Notes: generated by a model not told the origin, from the letters alone. 64,000 nucleotides of DNA from an uncultured Gemmatimonadales bacterium (GCA_963779755.1 CAVZZO010000001.1:928001-992000); one strand, 5' to 3'; counted from the stretch's first letter, positions 44,880 through 55,250 are shown. A program made the numbers and translations.

Positions 44880-45980
44880 ATGAAGCGCTATCCCGCATTC
44901 GATCCCCCCGAGTACGTCAACTGGACGCCCGATCCCGAACTGGTTCGCGGCTTCGCCGAGACGGTCGAACGGGACGAGGCGCGCCGCGGGCTGGTCGAGC
45001 GGCTCGACCAGCCGGCATTGCTGGAGCTCTATCGCCGGCTGCTCCGCGCCCGGCTTCATGACATCGGGCTCAAGCGCTGGGTGCGCCAGGGTGTCATCTC
45101 CAAGGCCTGGCTGGGAACGGGTGAGGAGGCGACCACCGTGGGCCCGGTCTACGCGCTCGATCCGGAACGCGATTACGTCGCGCCCATGATCCGGAACGCG
45201 TCCGCCTGCTGCGACATGGGTATGCCGCTGGCCGACATGTTCCGCGGCTATCTTGGCACCGAGAATTCTCCCTCCCGGGGCCGCGACATCCATATCGGCG
45301 CGCCGGCGCATCACGTGATCTCGCCCGTCTCGCCCGTGGGCCACATGGTGCCGGTGATGCTCGGCGTGGCGATGGGCGCCCGGATGCGGGGGGAGGAGGC
45401 CGTGGCGCTGACCTGGGTGGGCGACGGGACCACCAAGGCGGGTGTGACGCACGAAGGCCTCAATTTCGCGGCCGTACGCCGCGCGCCGGTGGTCTACATT
45501 ATCGAAAACAATCAGGTGGCGCTCGGCACCCGGCTGCATCAGCATCACCGGGCCGATACCTTTACCGGCTGGCCCGCCGCCTACGGGGTCGAGGGCTGGA
45601 GCTTCGACGGCAACAACGTGCTGGATGCCTATGCCGCGACCGCACTGGCCGTCGAACGCTGCCGGGCGGGCAGCGGGCCGGCCCTGCTCCTGGCCGAAAC
45701 CTTCCGTATGGGCGGCCACGCGACGCACGACGAACGGGAAGCCCGGGAGACCTTTCCCGACGAGCTGTTCCAGGCCTGGGGCAAACGCGACCCGATCGGG
45801 CTGTACGAGGAATACCTCAAGGCCCGCGGGATCGACGCCGGCTCGCTGCAGGAGATCGAGGATAGCGTGACCGGTGAGGTAGACCAGGCGGCCGAGGAAG
45901 CCCTGGCCGACCGGGAGCGGATGCCGGCGCCGGAAACGGCGCTGCGCGGCGTCTATGCGGAGAAGCAAGGTGAGGGGTAA
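44880..45980 (+). CDS. TPP-dependent 2-oxoacid dehydrogenase E1 alpha subunit
   Basis: GDG..HEGLNFAAV..IENNQ; FRMGGHATHD; RDPI. Confidence 0.9.
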   Translation: MKRYPAFDPPEYVNWTPDPELVRGFAETVERDEARRGLVERLDQPALLELYRRLLRARLHDIGLKRWVRQGVISKAWLGTGEEATTVGPVYALDPERDYVAPMIRNASACCDMGMPLADMFRGYLGTENSPSRGRDIHIGAPAHHVISPVSPVGHMVPVMLGVAMGARMRGEEAVALTWVGDGTTKAGVTHEGLNFAAVRRAPVVYIIENNQVALGTRLHQHHRADTFTGWPAAYGVEGWSFDGNNVLDAYAATALAVERCRAGSGPALLLAETFRMGGHATHDEREARETFPDELFQAWGKRDPIGLYEEYLKARGIDAGSLQEIEDSVTGEVDQAAEEALADRERMPAPETALRGVYAEKQGEG

Positions 45981-46042
45981 GGGGTAGGCCGTCGTCACAC
46001 CTCACCCCTCACCACACGTCCCAATCTGTCTGGAGGCCCCCA

Positions 46043-46849
46043 ATGATTCTCTCCTCCCTTCGAGGCGCCGCCAGTTACGCGCTGGTCGCCGCACTGGCGG
46101 CCGCCGCCGGTGCGGCGGTCACCTGGCTCTTCACCGGACACCGTACCCGTCCACTCGATGCCGTCACCACCCACGGCGAGTGGGTGCAGGTCCGCCGCGG
46201 CTCCGACTCCATCCGGGTCTATGTGGCCTATCCCGAGCGGAAGGACAAGGCGCCCGCCGTGCTGGTCATCCACGAGATCTACGGCCTCACCGACTGGGAG
46301 CCCACGGTGGCCGACAAGCTGGCCAGGGCCGGGTATGTGGCCGCGGTGCCGGATCTGCTCTCGCGCCAGCACGGCCGGACGCCGCCGGATCAGAATCAGG
46401 CTCGGCAGCTCATCGGACAGCTCAATCCCGACAGTATCACCGCCGATCTCGATGCGGTGGCCGGCTATCTCAACGGTCTGCCGGCGGTTCGGGCCAACGA
46501 TCTGGGCGTGATCGGCTTCTGCTGGGGGGGCGGGCAGAGCTTCCGGTACGCTACCAACAATCCGGAGCTCAAGGCGGCGGTCGTCTGCTACGGGCCGCCG
46601 CCGGACGACGCAGCCCTCGCCCGCATCCAGGCGCCGGTGCTCGGGGTCTACGGCGAGGAAGACGCCCGTATCGGCGCCACCGTGCCCGCCACCGATTCCG
46701 CCATGCAGACGCTGGGCAAGTCCTATCAGCACCATACCTATTCCGGCACCGGCCACGGGTTTCTCAAGCCGGGGCGGAAGGGGTCGGACACGGACCAGGT
46801 GGAGAAGGCCTGGGACGACATTCTCCATTTCTTTCAGAAGCACCTGTAG
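46043..46849 (+). CDS. Dienelactone hydrolase family protein
   Basis: IHEIYGL, GFCWGG, GHGF. Confidence 0.92.
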   Translation: MILSSLRGAASYALVAALAAAAGAAVTWLFTGHRTRPLDAVTTHGEWVQVRRGSDSIRVYVAYPERKDKAPAVLVIHEIYGLTDWEPTVADKLARAGYVAAVPDLLSRQHGRTPPDQNQARQLIGQLNPDSITADLDAVAGYLNGLPAVRANDLGVIGFCWGGGQSFRYATNNPELKAAVVCYGPPPDDAALARIQAPVLGVYGEEDARIGATVPATDSAMQTLGKSYQHHTYSGTGHGFLKPGRKGSDTDQVEKAWDDILHFFQKHL

Positions 46850-46855
46850 CCTTGG

Positions 46856-46888
46856 GGTAGGCGGCAGACATGCCTGCCGCCTACCTTT
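46856..46888 (+). terminator. Hairpin GGTAGGCGGCAG-N6-CTGCCGCCTACC followed by TTT
   Basis: Perfect 12-bp stem right after the stop codon; short T tract. Confidence 0.5.
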
Positions 46889-46895
46889 CCCGCCC

Positions 46896-48467
46896 ATGCT
46901 CTTGCTCCTCGCCCTCCTCCAGCTCCAGGCTCCCACGCCCACGCTGGCCTCCACGCCGCCTCCCGCCCACAATGCCCTGCGGTACGAGATCACCCTCTCG
47001 CTGGGCGATACCTCCCGTGCGATTACCGGAGTGACGGGCACTTCCTGGCGGCTCGCATCCCGTGAGCCGCTGCGCCTGGAGCTGGACAGCGCCCTGCGCG
47101 TCACCGGGGTGACGCTGAACGGCCACCGGGCCCGGTGGCGACGCCAGGGCGACCTCGTCCTCATTCCCCACCGGGGAGGCGCCGGCGATACGCTGCATTC
47201 GACCATTGCCTATCGGGGGGTGCCGCGGGACGGACTCATCATCCACGACAGCATGGGCACCCGCACGTTCTTCGCCGACAACTGGCCCAACCGCGCGCAT
47301 CGCTGGTTTCCCTCCCAGGACCATCCCAGCGACAAGGCCGAGGTATCGTTTCAGGTCGAAGCGCCGGCGGGATTCTCGGTCATCGCCAACGGTGTCCGCC
47401 GGCGGGTGGATACCCTCTCCACCGGCCGCACCCGCTGGACCTACCGGCTCGACGTGCCGATCCCGGTGTACACCATGGTGGTGGGCGCGGCTCGCTTCGC
47501 GCGGACCCCGCTGGGGCGGGCCGCCTGCGAGGTGCGCTGCGTCGACCTCGCCGTCTGGACCTATCCCGCCGATTCCGCCTGGGCGGTGGACGGCCCCTTC
47601 CGCCGCGCCGGCGAGATCGTCGCCTATTTCTCGAGCCTGGTGGGGCCGTTCCCCTACCCCGACCTGGCCCACGTCGAGTCCAGCACCATCTTCGGCGGCA
47701 TGGAAAACTCGACCGCCATCTTCTACGACGAAAATGCCTACCGCCGCCACGCACTCCGCGAGGCGATAGTGGCCCATGAGACGGCCCACCAGTGGTTCGG
47801 CGACGCCGTCACCGAGCGCAGTTGGGACCATCTCTGGCTGTCGGAAGGCTTCGCCAGCTATTTCGCCGCGCTCTGGGCGGAGCACCTGGGCGGCGACTCC
47901 GCGCTGCAGGCGGCCATGCGGGGAGAGGCCGCCGGGATCTTCCGCTCGAACGCTACCGAGCGTCCGGTGGTGGATACCGCCGCAAACCTGATGCGACTGC
48001 TCAATACCAACAACTACAACAAGGGCGCGTGGGTCCTGCACTCGCTCCGCGGTATCCTGGGCGATTCTGCCTTCTTTCGCGGCCTTCGCCTCTACTATCA
48101 GACCTTCCGCGACAGCACGGCCCTGAGCCGGGATTTTGCGCACGTGATGGAATCCGCCTCGGGCAAGGATCTGGGCTGGTACTTCCAGCAGGCGCTGCAC
48201 CAGCCGGGCTATCCCCGCCTGCAGGTGGACTGGAGCTACCGGGATGGGGCGGTAGACCTGGAGATCCGGCAGGTGCAGAAGCCCGCCTGGGGCACCTACC
48301 GTCTGCCGGGCCTGGAGCTCCTGGTGGGCGACCAGCTGCTACGGCTGGATGTCGACAGCGCGGTGAGCCAGGCGCGGTTCACCGGCTTCCCCGCCGCGCC
48401 CGATTCCCTGACGGTGGATCCCAACGGCTGGTGGCTGTTGCAGGCGAAGACGGAGCGGCGCCGGTGA
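46896..48467 (+). CDS. M1 family aminopeptidase, exported
   Basis: GGMEN, HETAHQWFG, WLSEGFASY, YNKGAWVLH. Confidence 0.95.
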   Translation: MLLLLALLQLQAPTPTLASTPPPAHNALRYEITLSLGDTSRAITGVTGTSWRLASREPLRLELDSALRVTGVTLNGHRARWRRQGDLVLIPHRGGAGDTLHSTIAYRGVPRDGLIIHDSMGTRTFFADNWPNRAHRWFPSQDHPSDKAEVSFQVEAPAGFSVIANGVRRRVDTLSTGRTRWTYRLDVPIPVYTMVVGAARFARTPLGRAACEVRCVDLAVWTYPADSAWAVDGPFRRAGEIVAYFSSLVGPFPYPDLAHVESSTIFGGMENSTAIFYDENAYRRHALREAIVAHETAHQWFGDAVTERSWDHLWLSEGFASYFAALWAEHLGGDSALQAAMRGEAAGIFRSNATERPVVDTAANLMRLLNTNNYNKGAWVLHSLRGILGDSAFFRGLRLYYQTFRDSTALSRDFAHVMESASGKDLGWYFQQALHQPGYPRLQVDWSYRDGAVDLEIRQVQKPAWGTYRLPGLELLVGDQLLRLDVDSAVSQARFTGFPAAPDSLTVDPNGWWLLQAKTERRR

Positions 48468-49243
48468 GCCGGGGCCGGCGGCGCAGGCTGGCGGCGGTGG
48501 CCGTATTCGCCGCCGCAGCGGTCGCCTGCAAGCTTTCCATCTCGCCCCTCATCAACAAACTGGATGTGGGCCAGGAGGCATATCTGGTCTTCCAGGGAAG
48601 GGGAGAGGGGGACGTGGGCGATCTCTACGCCGTGGCCGCCGCCGGGGGGCCGGTCTTTCCCTTCACCTTCAGCAAGGTGCACGAGACCGCGCCCGCGCTC
48701 TCCCCCGACGGGGTCGTCGTCGCTTTCATCCGGGGACGCACGCCGGGCGACTCGGCTTCCTATCGCGTCTGGTTCATGAACCTGCTGAATGGAGCGGAGC
48801 GGGAAGTGCCTGCCTTCCCGCCGGGCGTGGTGCCGCGCCGCCTGGGCTGGTCGGCGGACGGGAAGGTACTCTATATCGCCACGGCGGCGGGGCCCTACCA
48901 GACGGCTGCTCCTCCGGGGCGCGGCGGCCTGGCCCCTGTGCCCGGCCCCGCCCGGGCCTCCGCCGACTCGGGGCTGGCCGTGATGCTGGGGAGCCCCGCC
49001 TTCGCGCGGGCCGCGACCTGTCCCGGCGGGAGCGGGATCTGCACCTGGCGTGATTCCACGCTGGCCGACACCCTCTCGGCCGCCGCTCGCGATCCGGCCC
49101 GCTGGGGCCCCGACTCGGTTGCGTATTTTGTGGACGGCCAGCTGCAGATTCGCCCGCTGGGCGGCGGCCATAACCGCGAGCCGAGCTGGTCCAATGCTCC
49201 CGCCGACCCGCGGTTCCCGTCCTATTTCGCCGGCCCCCGCTGA
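48464..49243 (+). CDS. Putative lipoprotein with PD40/TolB-like repeat
   Basis: GTG overlapping the upstream stop; AAVAC lipobox; PALSPDG, WSADG. Confidence 0.65.
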   Translation: MSRGRRRRLAAVAVFAAAAVACKLSISPLINKLDVGQEAYLVFQGRGEGDVGDLYAVAAAGGPVFPFTFSKVHETAPALSPDGVVVAFIRGRTPGDSASYRVWFMNLLNGAEREVPAFPPGVVPRRLGWSADGKVLYIATAAGPYQTAAPPGRGGLAPVPGPARASADSGLAVMLGSPAFARAATCPGGSGICTWRDSTLADTLSAAARDPARWGPDSVAYFVDGQLQIRPLGGGHNREPSWSNAPADPRFPSYFAGPR

Positions 49244-49277
49244 TTGCTCGCCGTTCCTCCTTCGAGCTTGTCGCCTC

Positions 49278-50948
49278 TCAGACCGTTATTTCCCGCGACC
49301 ACGCCTGCTCAGTGCCCGGTGCGCCGTCCGGCGGCGGCATGCGCGACATCGCGTATTCCGCCAGGGCCGTAATCGAGAGGCTGGGGTTCACCCCGGGGTT
49401 GGCGGGCATGATGGAGCCGTCTACCACATACAGACCGGGATAGCCGTGGGCCTGGCAGTCCAGATCCACCACGCCTTCTTCCCGGTCGTGTCCCATGGGA
49501 CAGCCGCCCAGGATGTGGGCCGTCATGGGCACACCGAGGAGACCCTCATTGACGGAGCCGGACGCGATGCCTCCGGTCTTCTCGGCGAAACGCCGCGTCA
49601 CTTCATGGCCGATCTCCACCGTGACCGGAATGCTCTTGCCGGAATCGGTTTCCGAGGCCAGTCCGCGGCGGAACAGGGTGAGCGGGCCGCGCCGCAGCCG
49701 CACGCGAATACGATTGTCCACCTTCTGCATGACCAGAATGATCGTGGTGCGCTGGGCCCAGCCCGGCAGCAGATGCGTCCGCATGAAATCCATCGGCCGG
49801 TGCAGGATATCGAGCGCTGAGCGCAGCAGCCGGGCGGGGATGCTGCCGCCGGAGAGCAGCGGGCCGGTGAGAAATCGCATGACCGACGACCCGGCGGGAT
49901 AGCGCACCGGCTCTACGCTGGTCACCGGATCGGCCTGGAAGATCGAGGTGATGGCGATGCCCTTGGAGTAGTCGGGGGTGGCCGACCGGCTGACGCTGCC
50001 CAGGATGGCTTCGCTGTTGGTCCGGACCATATCTCCCAGCCGGGGAGAGAGCCGTGAGAGCGAGCCGGTGACGTCGCGGCAGCGGAACAACAGCCGCATG
50101 GTGCCCAGTGCCCCAGCCGAGAGGATGACGCGGCGGGCCCGGACCCGGTGGGTCCGGCGGTCCAGAATGCCGGAGGTGCGCTGATACAGCACCTCGTAAC
50201 GGGCGCCGTCCGCCTGATCTCCGTTGAGCGGGCGGATGTCGCGCACCCGGGCATCGGCCCGGATCTGCGCTCCCTTCCGCTCCGCCAGCCAGAGATAATT
50301 CTTCACCAGCGTGTTCTTGGCGTTGTGACGGCAGCCCACCATGCAGGCGCCGCAGTGGATGCAGCCCCGGCGGGGCGGCCCCTCGCCCCCGAAGTAGGGG
50401 TCGGGGACTTCCTCACCCTCCCGGCCCGGCTCCCCGAAGAAGGTCCCCACCCGGGTGGGCTGGAAGGTGGAGGACACCCCCATCTCCTCGGCGATGTGCT
50501 GGAGTACCTCGTCGGCCGGCCCCAGACGGGTATTCCGGGCGACGCCCAGCATGCGCCGGGCGGTGGCGTAGTGCGGTTCCAGCAGGGTCTTCCAGTCGGC
50601 CAGATGGCGCCAGCCCGGCGCATCGAACATCTCGGGCGACGGCTCCATGAGGACATTGGCGTACCCCAGGCTGCCGCCGCCGACACCGGCGCCGTGGAGG
50701 ACGACCACGTGCCGCAGCGGCGAGATCTGCAGGATCCCGAAGCAGCGAAGCGCGGGGGCCCAGAGGTAGCGCCGGATGTTCCAGTTGGAGCGGGCGAAGT
50801 CCTCGTCGCGGAAGCGGCGGCCCTGCTCGAGGACGAGGACGCGGTGGCCCTTCTCGGTAAGCCGGAGGGCAGAGACGCTCCCCCCGAAGCCGCTGCCGAT
50901 GATGACGGCGTCGTAGTAGTCCCGGGTGCCGTTTCGCTGTTCGTTCAT
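49278..50948 (-). CDS. GMC-family FAD oxidoreductase (cholesterol oxidase ChoD-like)
   Basis: IGSGFGGSVSALRL, GVGGGSL.YAN, C..CG.CMVGC..NAKN, TAHILGGC, GVNPSL. Confidence 0.92.
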   Translation of the reverse strand: MNEQRNGTRDYYDAVIIGSGFGGSVSALRLTEKGHRVLVLEQGRRFRDEDFARSNWNIRRYLWAPALRCFGILQISPLRHVVVLHGAGVGGGSLGYANVLMEPSPEMFDAPGWRHLADWKTLLEPHYATARRMLGVARNTRLGPADEVLQHIAEEMGVSSTFQPTRVGTFFGEPGREGEEVPDPYFGGEGPPRRGCIHCGACMVGCRHNAKNTLVKNYLWLAERKGAQIRADARVRDIRPLNGDQADGARYEVLYQRTSGILDRRTHRVRARRVILSAGALGTMRLLFRCRDVTGSLSRLSPRLGDMVRTNSEAILGSVSRSATPDYSKGIAITSIFQADPVTSVEPVRYPAGSSVMRFLTGPLLSGGSIPARLLRSALDILHRPMDFMRTHLLPGWAQRTTIILVMQKVDNRIRVRLRRGPLTLFRRGLASETDSGKSIPVTVEIGHEVTRRFAEKTGGIASGSVNEGLLGVPMTAHILGGCPMGHDREEGVVDLDCQAHGYPGLYVVDGSIMPANPGVNPSLSITALAEYAMSRMPPPDGAPGTEQAWSREITV

Positions 50949-50995
50949 CGATCCCAACCCCGGCGGCCTCTGCGTTGAGTAAGCTGAGGCTTGCC

Positions 50996-51619
50996 TTATT
51001 CCGCCCTGACGGTGATCGCATCCCAGGCCGCGTCCAGCGTCATCCCCACATGGGGATGATCGGCCGGCCACTCCCGGGCGCAGGCCCGCTCCACCGTGAA
51101 CTGGATCAGCGCCAGCCACACCGCCGACCACAGTTCCGCCGGGCCGGAACGGATTTTCCCATCCGACTTGCCGGCGGCGACCACCTGCTGCAGCGTCTCG
51201 CGCATCTCCCGGGCCGCCTCCCGGCTGCGGTCGTCGAGATGGCTGTCGTCGCGCGGGTAGAACAGCATGCGCATGGCTGCCGGATCCCGTTCGCCGCTCT
51301 CCACCAGGTGGCGGGCGATACGATTCAGCCGGTCCCGGACGCCCAGCGAGCGGTCGCTTTCGGCCTCCTTGATGAGCTTGACGGCCCAGCGCTGCGCCCC
51401 GCGGAAGATCTCGTTGAGCAGGTGCTCCTTGCCGTTGAAGTGGCGGTAGATGGTGCCTTCGGCCACGCCGGCGCGCTCGGCGATCATCGGGGTGGTGGTG
51501 CCCCGGAAGCCGATCGACGTGTACAGCTCCAGGGCCGCCCGGAGCAGCCGCTGGCGCGTGGCTTCTCCGTCGCGCCGGGGGGTGGGAGGCGCGGACGGAG
51601 GAGAAACTGGAGAGGACAT
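50996..51619 (-). CDS. TetR/AcrR family transcriptional regulator
   Basis: IAERAGVAEGTIYRHF.GKE.L. Confidence 0.95.
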   Translation of the reverse strand: MSSPVSPPSAPPTPRRDGEATRQRLLRAALELYTSIGFRGTTTPMIAERAGVAEGTIYRHFNGKEHLLNEIFRGAQRWAVKLIKEAESDRSLGVRDRLNRIARHLVESGERDPAAMRMLFYPRDDSHLDDRSREAAREMRETLQQVVAAGKSDGKIRSGPAELWSAVWLALIQFTVERACAREWPADHPHVGMTLDAAWDAITVRAE

Positions 51620-51729
51620 GCCTCTAATCTACACGCGGAGCCGGAGGTGGTAACGCCCGGTTGAGCCGGGGGCCCTGACCCGGCTAGATTCGAGGGCTTC
51701 TCCGGGCTCGCTCACATGGAGTTAACCAT

Positions 51730-52872
51730 ATGAAAATGCTGGTGTTGGGCGCCGGGCTGCAGGGCTGCGCCTGCGCGTATGACCTCTGCGGCAATCCGGC
51801 AGTTACCGCCGTCACGCTCGCCGACCTCCATCCCGACAACCCGCCGCCCTTCCTCCAGCCGTTCCTGGGCGGCAAGCTGACCACGCTTACCCTCAACGTG
51901 AAGGACACGGCCGCCGTGGAAGCGGCCATGCAGGGGCACGATGCCGTCATGAGCGCCGTCCCCTACTACTTCAACGGCCCGCTCGCCCGGAGTGCCGTGA
52001 AGGTCGGCACCAACTTCGCCGACCTGGGCGGCAACACCGAGATCGTCTTCGAGCAGAAGAAGCTCGACCGCGACGCCCGGGCGAAGGGCGTGTCCATCAT
52101 GCCCGACTGCGGCCTGGCGCCCGGCATGGTCAACATCCTGGCCCAGGAAGGCATTCGCCGGCTGGACCAGGCCGAGCGGGTCAAGGTGTATGTCGGGGGG
52201 CTGCCGCAGCATCCCGAGCCGCCGCTCAACTATCAGGTGGTGTACTCCCTGGAGGGCGCGCTCGACTATTACACCACGCCGAGCTGGATTCTGCGCGACG
52301 GCAAACGGCGCCAGGTCGAAGCGCTGAGCGAGCTGGAAACGCTCGAGTTCCAGACTCCCGTCGGCCAGCTGGAGGCGTTTCACACCGGCGGCGGCATCAG
52401 CACCATGCCCTGGACGTTCGAAGGCAAGGTCGCCGTCATGGAGTACAAGACCCTCCGCTATCCCGGGCACGCCGACATCATGCGCGACATCCGGTCGCTG
52501 GGCCTGCTCGACCTCGAGCCGGTAGACGTGAAAGGGCAGAGCGTGGTGCCGCGCGATGCCTTCATCGCCGTGGTGCAGCCCAGGCTGAACAAGCCGGAAG
52601 GGCAGGATCTGGTGGCGCTGCGGGTGCTGGTAACGGGAAAGCAGGGCGGGAAGGAAACCACCATCGGCTTCGAGCTGCTGGACTACTACGACGCCGAGCA
52701 CCACATCAGCGCCATGATGCGCACCACCGGCTATTCCCTCGCCATCACCGGCGTGATGCAGGTGGACGGCCGCGTCACCGCCAGGGGCGTCCACACCCCG
52801 GACGAAGCGATGCCCTTCAAGCCCTATGTGGACGAATTGCGGAAGCGGGGAGTCGAGATCAGGGAAATCTAG
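51730..52872 (+). CDS. Saccharopine / lysine 6-dehydrogenase family protein
   Basis: VLGAG, DLGGN, DCGLAPG, YKTLRYPGH, AMMRTTG. Confidence 0.92.
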   Translation: MKMLVLGAGLQGCACAYDLCGNPAVTAVTLADLHPDNPPPFLQPFLGGKLTTLTLNVKDTAAVEAAMQGHDAVMSAVPYYFNGPLARSAVKVGTNFADLGGNTEIVFEQKKLDRDARAKGVSIMPDCGLAPGMVNILAQEGIRRLDQAERVKVYVGGLPQHPEPPLNYQVVYSLEGALDYYTTPSWILRDGKRRQVEALSELETLEFQTPVGQLEAFHTGGGISTMPWTFEGKVAVMEYKTLRYPGHADIMRDIRSLGLLDLEPVDVKGQSVVPRDAFIAVVQPRLNKPEGQDLVALRVLVTGKQGGKETTIGFELLDYYDAEHHISAMMRTTGYSLAITGVMQVDGRVTARGVHTPDEAMPFKPYVDELRKRGVEIREI

Positions 52873-52886
52873 GAACGTGGCAGGCG

Positions 52887-53057
52887 GGTCAAAGGTCAAA
52901 GGTCAAAGGTCAAATTCCGGATGTTTCCCTGAGGCAGGTGTACCTTCTCGCCTTCGACCTTCGACCTTCGACCTTCGACCTTCGACCTTCGACCTTCGAC
53001 CTTCGACCTTCGACCTTCGACCTTCGACCTTCGACCTTCGACCTTCGACCTTCGACC
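52887..53057. repeat. (GGTCAAA)n arm and about 15 copies of CCTTCGA (VNTR)
   Basis: Perfect heptamer array at 52951-53057 between convergent genes; near-complementary arm at 52887-52914. Confidence 0.95.
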
Positions 53058-53073
53058 ATTCACCGGTTGTCGC

Positions 53074-54207
53074 CTAGAAAAACCACCCGCTCCCCATCGA
53101 GAAGTTGAACCCGTCGGGGCCGCCCGCAAAGTTGAAGGTAAATATGGTGCTCCGCAGCAGCCGGACGGCAATCCCGCCGCCGGCCCCGACTTTCAGGTGG
53201 TCGGTGGTGAGCCGGAAATCCTCGTTCTCGAATACCCGGCCGGCGTCCACGAAGGCGATGGCGGTGATGGCTCCCAGCGTCTGCAGGTCGATGATATTGT
53301 GGCGCACCTCCAGATTGCCGAACAGCAACCCGGTGCCCGCCAGCCTTCCTTCTACCAGCCCGCGGTTGGTATAGCGCTCGCCATAGACCGTCAGGGTCTG
53401 CTCCCACATCGGCAGCTCGAAACGGGCGTTGAGGGGCGGCGCGCCGCCCAGGTTCGATCCCGCCACCCGCGCCGCAATGGTGGTGCCTTCCCCGAGGGGC
53501 AGGTACCCCCGTGCTGCGCCGTAGACCCGGGTGTACCCGTTGCCGCCGCTGCCTACCTCGTACCCGGCTTCCAGCCAGAGGCCTTTGTGGGTGTTGTATT
53601 CGTTGTCCCGGGTGTCCAGCACCGCCGCCAGCCGTCCTGCCACGTCCGTCTGGGAGACCTCGTGCCCCTCGGTCGCCCGGAACACCGAGGGGCCCGGCAG
53701 ATCGGTGAAGTGGACGTGCTCGACGTGGCTTCCCAAAGCCAGGTAGAAATGCGGAGCCACCAGCCGGCTCACCTCGGCGAGGCCTTCGTAGGTGGTGCGG
53801 TGTACCCGGTAGAGATAGGGCTGGTCGGGCGTCACCAGGTTTTCGTCGAAAGCGGTGTTGTTGCCCAGGCCGTAGTAGCCCATGCGCGCTTCGCGCCTGG
53901 CGCCGCCGGAGAACACCAGCCGCCACTTGTCCCACAGCCCCGGGGCCCGGAATTCGGCCGAAAGAAACCGGCTGCCCCGGAAGCTGATGCCTCCGTCCAG
54001 CACCACGGTGCCGGCATAGGGCAGGGGAGAGAAGTAGTCCGGCGCCCGTTTGGTCCAGAGCCAGCGGGCGGCAATGGCCGGAAAATCGTTGCTGAGCGAG
54101 GTGATATAGGGGTAGCGGCTGTCCCGCCACTCCTGGGCGTGAAGGCGGCCGGGAAGCCACCCCAGCGCGATCAGCGATATGACCAGCAGACGGCGGCAAC
54201 GATTCAC
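53074..54207 (-). CDS. BamA/TamA (Omp85-like) beta-barrel protein without POTRA domains
   Basis: Signal peptide; DTRD, RG...GR, N.E.R, FVDAGRV, G.G.G..; terminal Phe. Confidence 0.8.
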   Translation of the reverse strand: MNRCRRLLVISLIALGWLPGRLHAQEWRDSRYPYITSLSNDFPAIAARWLWTKRAPDYFSPLPYAGTVVLDGGISFRGSRFLSAEFRAPGLWDKWRLVFSGGARREARMGYYGLGNNTAFDENLVTPDQPYLYRVHRTTYEGLAEVSRLVAPHFYLALGSHVEHVHFTDLPGPSVFRATEGHEVSQTDVAGRLAAVLDTRDNEYNTHKGLWLEAGYEVGSGGNGYTRVYGAARGYLPLGEGTTIAARVAGSNLGGAPPLNARFELPMWEQTLTVYGERYTNRGLVEGRLAGTGLLFGNLEVRHNIIDLQTLGAITAIAFVDAGRVFENEDFRLTTDHLKVGAGGGIAVRLLRSTIFTFNFAGGPDGFNFSMGSGWFF

Positions 54208-55250
54208 GATGGCATCTCGTAGAGATAGGCGGTGTCCCGCTTGGCAGCCTCGCGTCCGTCATGGACGGCGTAGGCGCTGGGATAGAGCGAGGCGGCGCCG
54301 TACTCTCCCTGCTTGTTCACCGCATAGAAGTTGAGCCCGAATTGCGGGCGGCCCCGGGCGTCCAGCAGCCGCGGGGGCGAGAGCTGCACCGCCCGCTTCA
54401 GCGTGGCCAGGCAGGCATCGGTGGGCTTCATGCCCTGCCGCATGAACTCGACCGTCAGAAACGCGCCGCAAACCATGATGTTCGACTCGCCGCGGCCGGT
54501 GGAACCGGCGGCCCCGATGTCGTTGTCGGTATACTGGCCCGCGCCGATGATGGGAGAATCGCCCACCCGCCCCGGAATCTTGAACGCCAGGCCCGCCGTC
54601 GTGGTCACCGAGGAGATGTCGCCCGCCGGATTGACCACATTCATGTTGATGGTCCCGGTCGGCCGGTGCACCATCGGCTCTTCGCCGGGGACGTCCAGCC
54701 AGTCGTCGTCCTTGTTCAGGTTGGCCCGCCACAGCAGCCATCGTTGGCGCGACTCGGGGGTGAGCAGGTCCTCGTCCTTGAAGCCGTAGCTCAGCGCGAA
54801 TTTCTTGGCGCCCTCGCCTACCAGCATGATGTGGTTGGTGTATTTGAGCACCAGCCGGGCCACCTCGCTGGCGGTCTTGATGCCTTCCAGCGCGCCGACC
54901 GCGCCGGCCCGCCGGGACGGCCCGTGCATGCAGGAGGCATCCAGCTGGACCACCCCATCGGCGTTGGGCAGCCCGCCGTAGCCGACCGACTGATCGGTGG
55001 GATCGAGCTCCTGGATCTTGACGCCTTCGATGGCGGCGTCCAGAGTGTCGCCGCCCCGGGCGACGAGCTCGGCCGCGCGGGCCACGCCCCGCAGCCCGTT
55101 GGCCGAAGCGACGGCGACCGGCCGGCTGGGCGGCCGGCGGTGAACGGCGGGGAAGGCGATGGGCGAGGGCAGGGCTGCCGGCAGGGTGCCGGCGGCCAGG
55201 GCGGCGCCGGTCGCCCCGAGAAATCGCCGGCGGGAAAGCGGGTGGGGCAC
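54204..55250 (-). CDS. N(4)-(beta-N-acetylglucosaminyl)-L-asparaginase (Ntn hydrolase), Tat-exported
   Basis: SRRRFL Tat motif; SVGYGGLPN, LDASCM, GTI, GRVGDSPIIGAG, TGRGE. Confidence 0.92.
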   Translation of the reverse strand: MPHPLSRRRFLGATGAALAAGTLPAALPSPIAFPAVHRRPPSRPVAVASANGLRGVARAAELVARGGDTLDAAIEGVKIQELDPTDQSVGYGGLPNADGVVQLDASCMHGPSRRAGAVGALEGIKTASEVARLVLKYTNHIMLVGEGAKKFALSYGFKDEDLLTPESRQRWLLWRANLNKDDDWLDVPGEEPMVHRPTGTINMNVVNPAGDISSVTTTAGLAFKIPGRVGDSPIIGAGQYTDNDIGAAGSTGRGESNIMVCGAFLTVEFMRQGMKPTDACLATLKRAVQLSPPRLLDARGRPQFGLNFYAVNKQGEYGAASLYPSAYAVHDGREAAKRDTAYLYEMPS

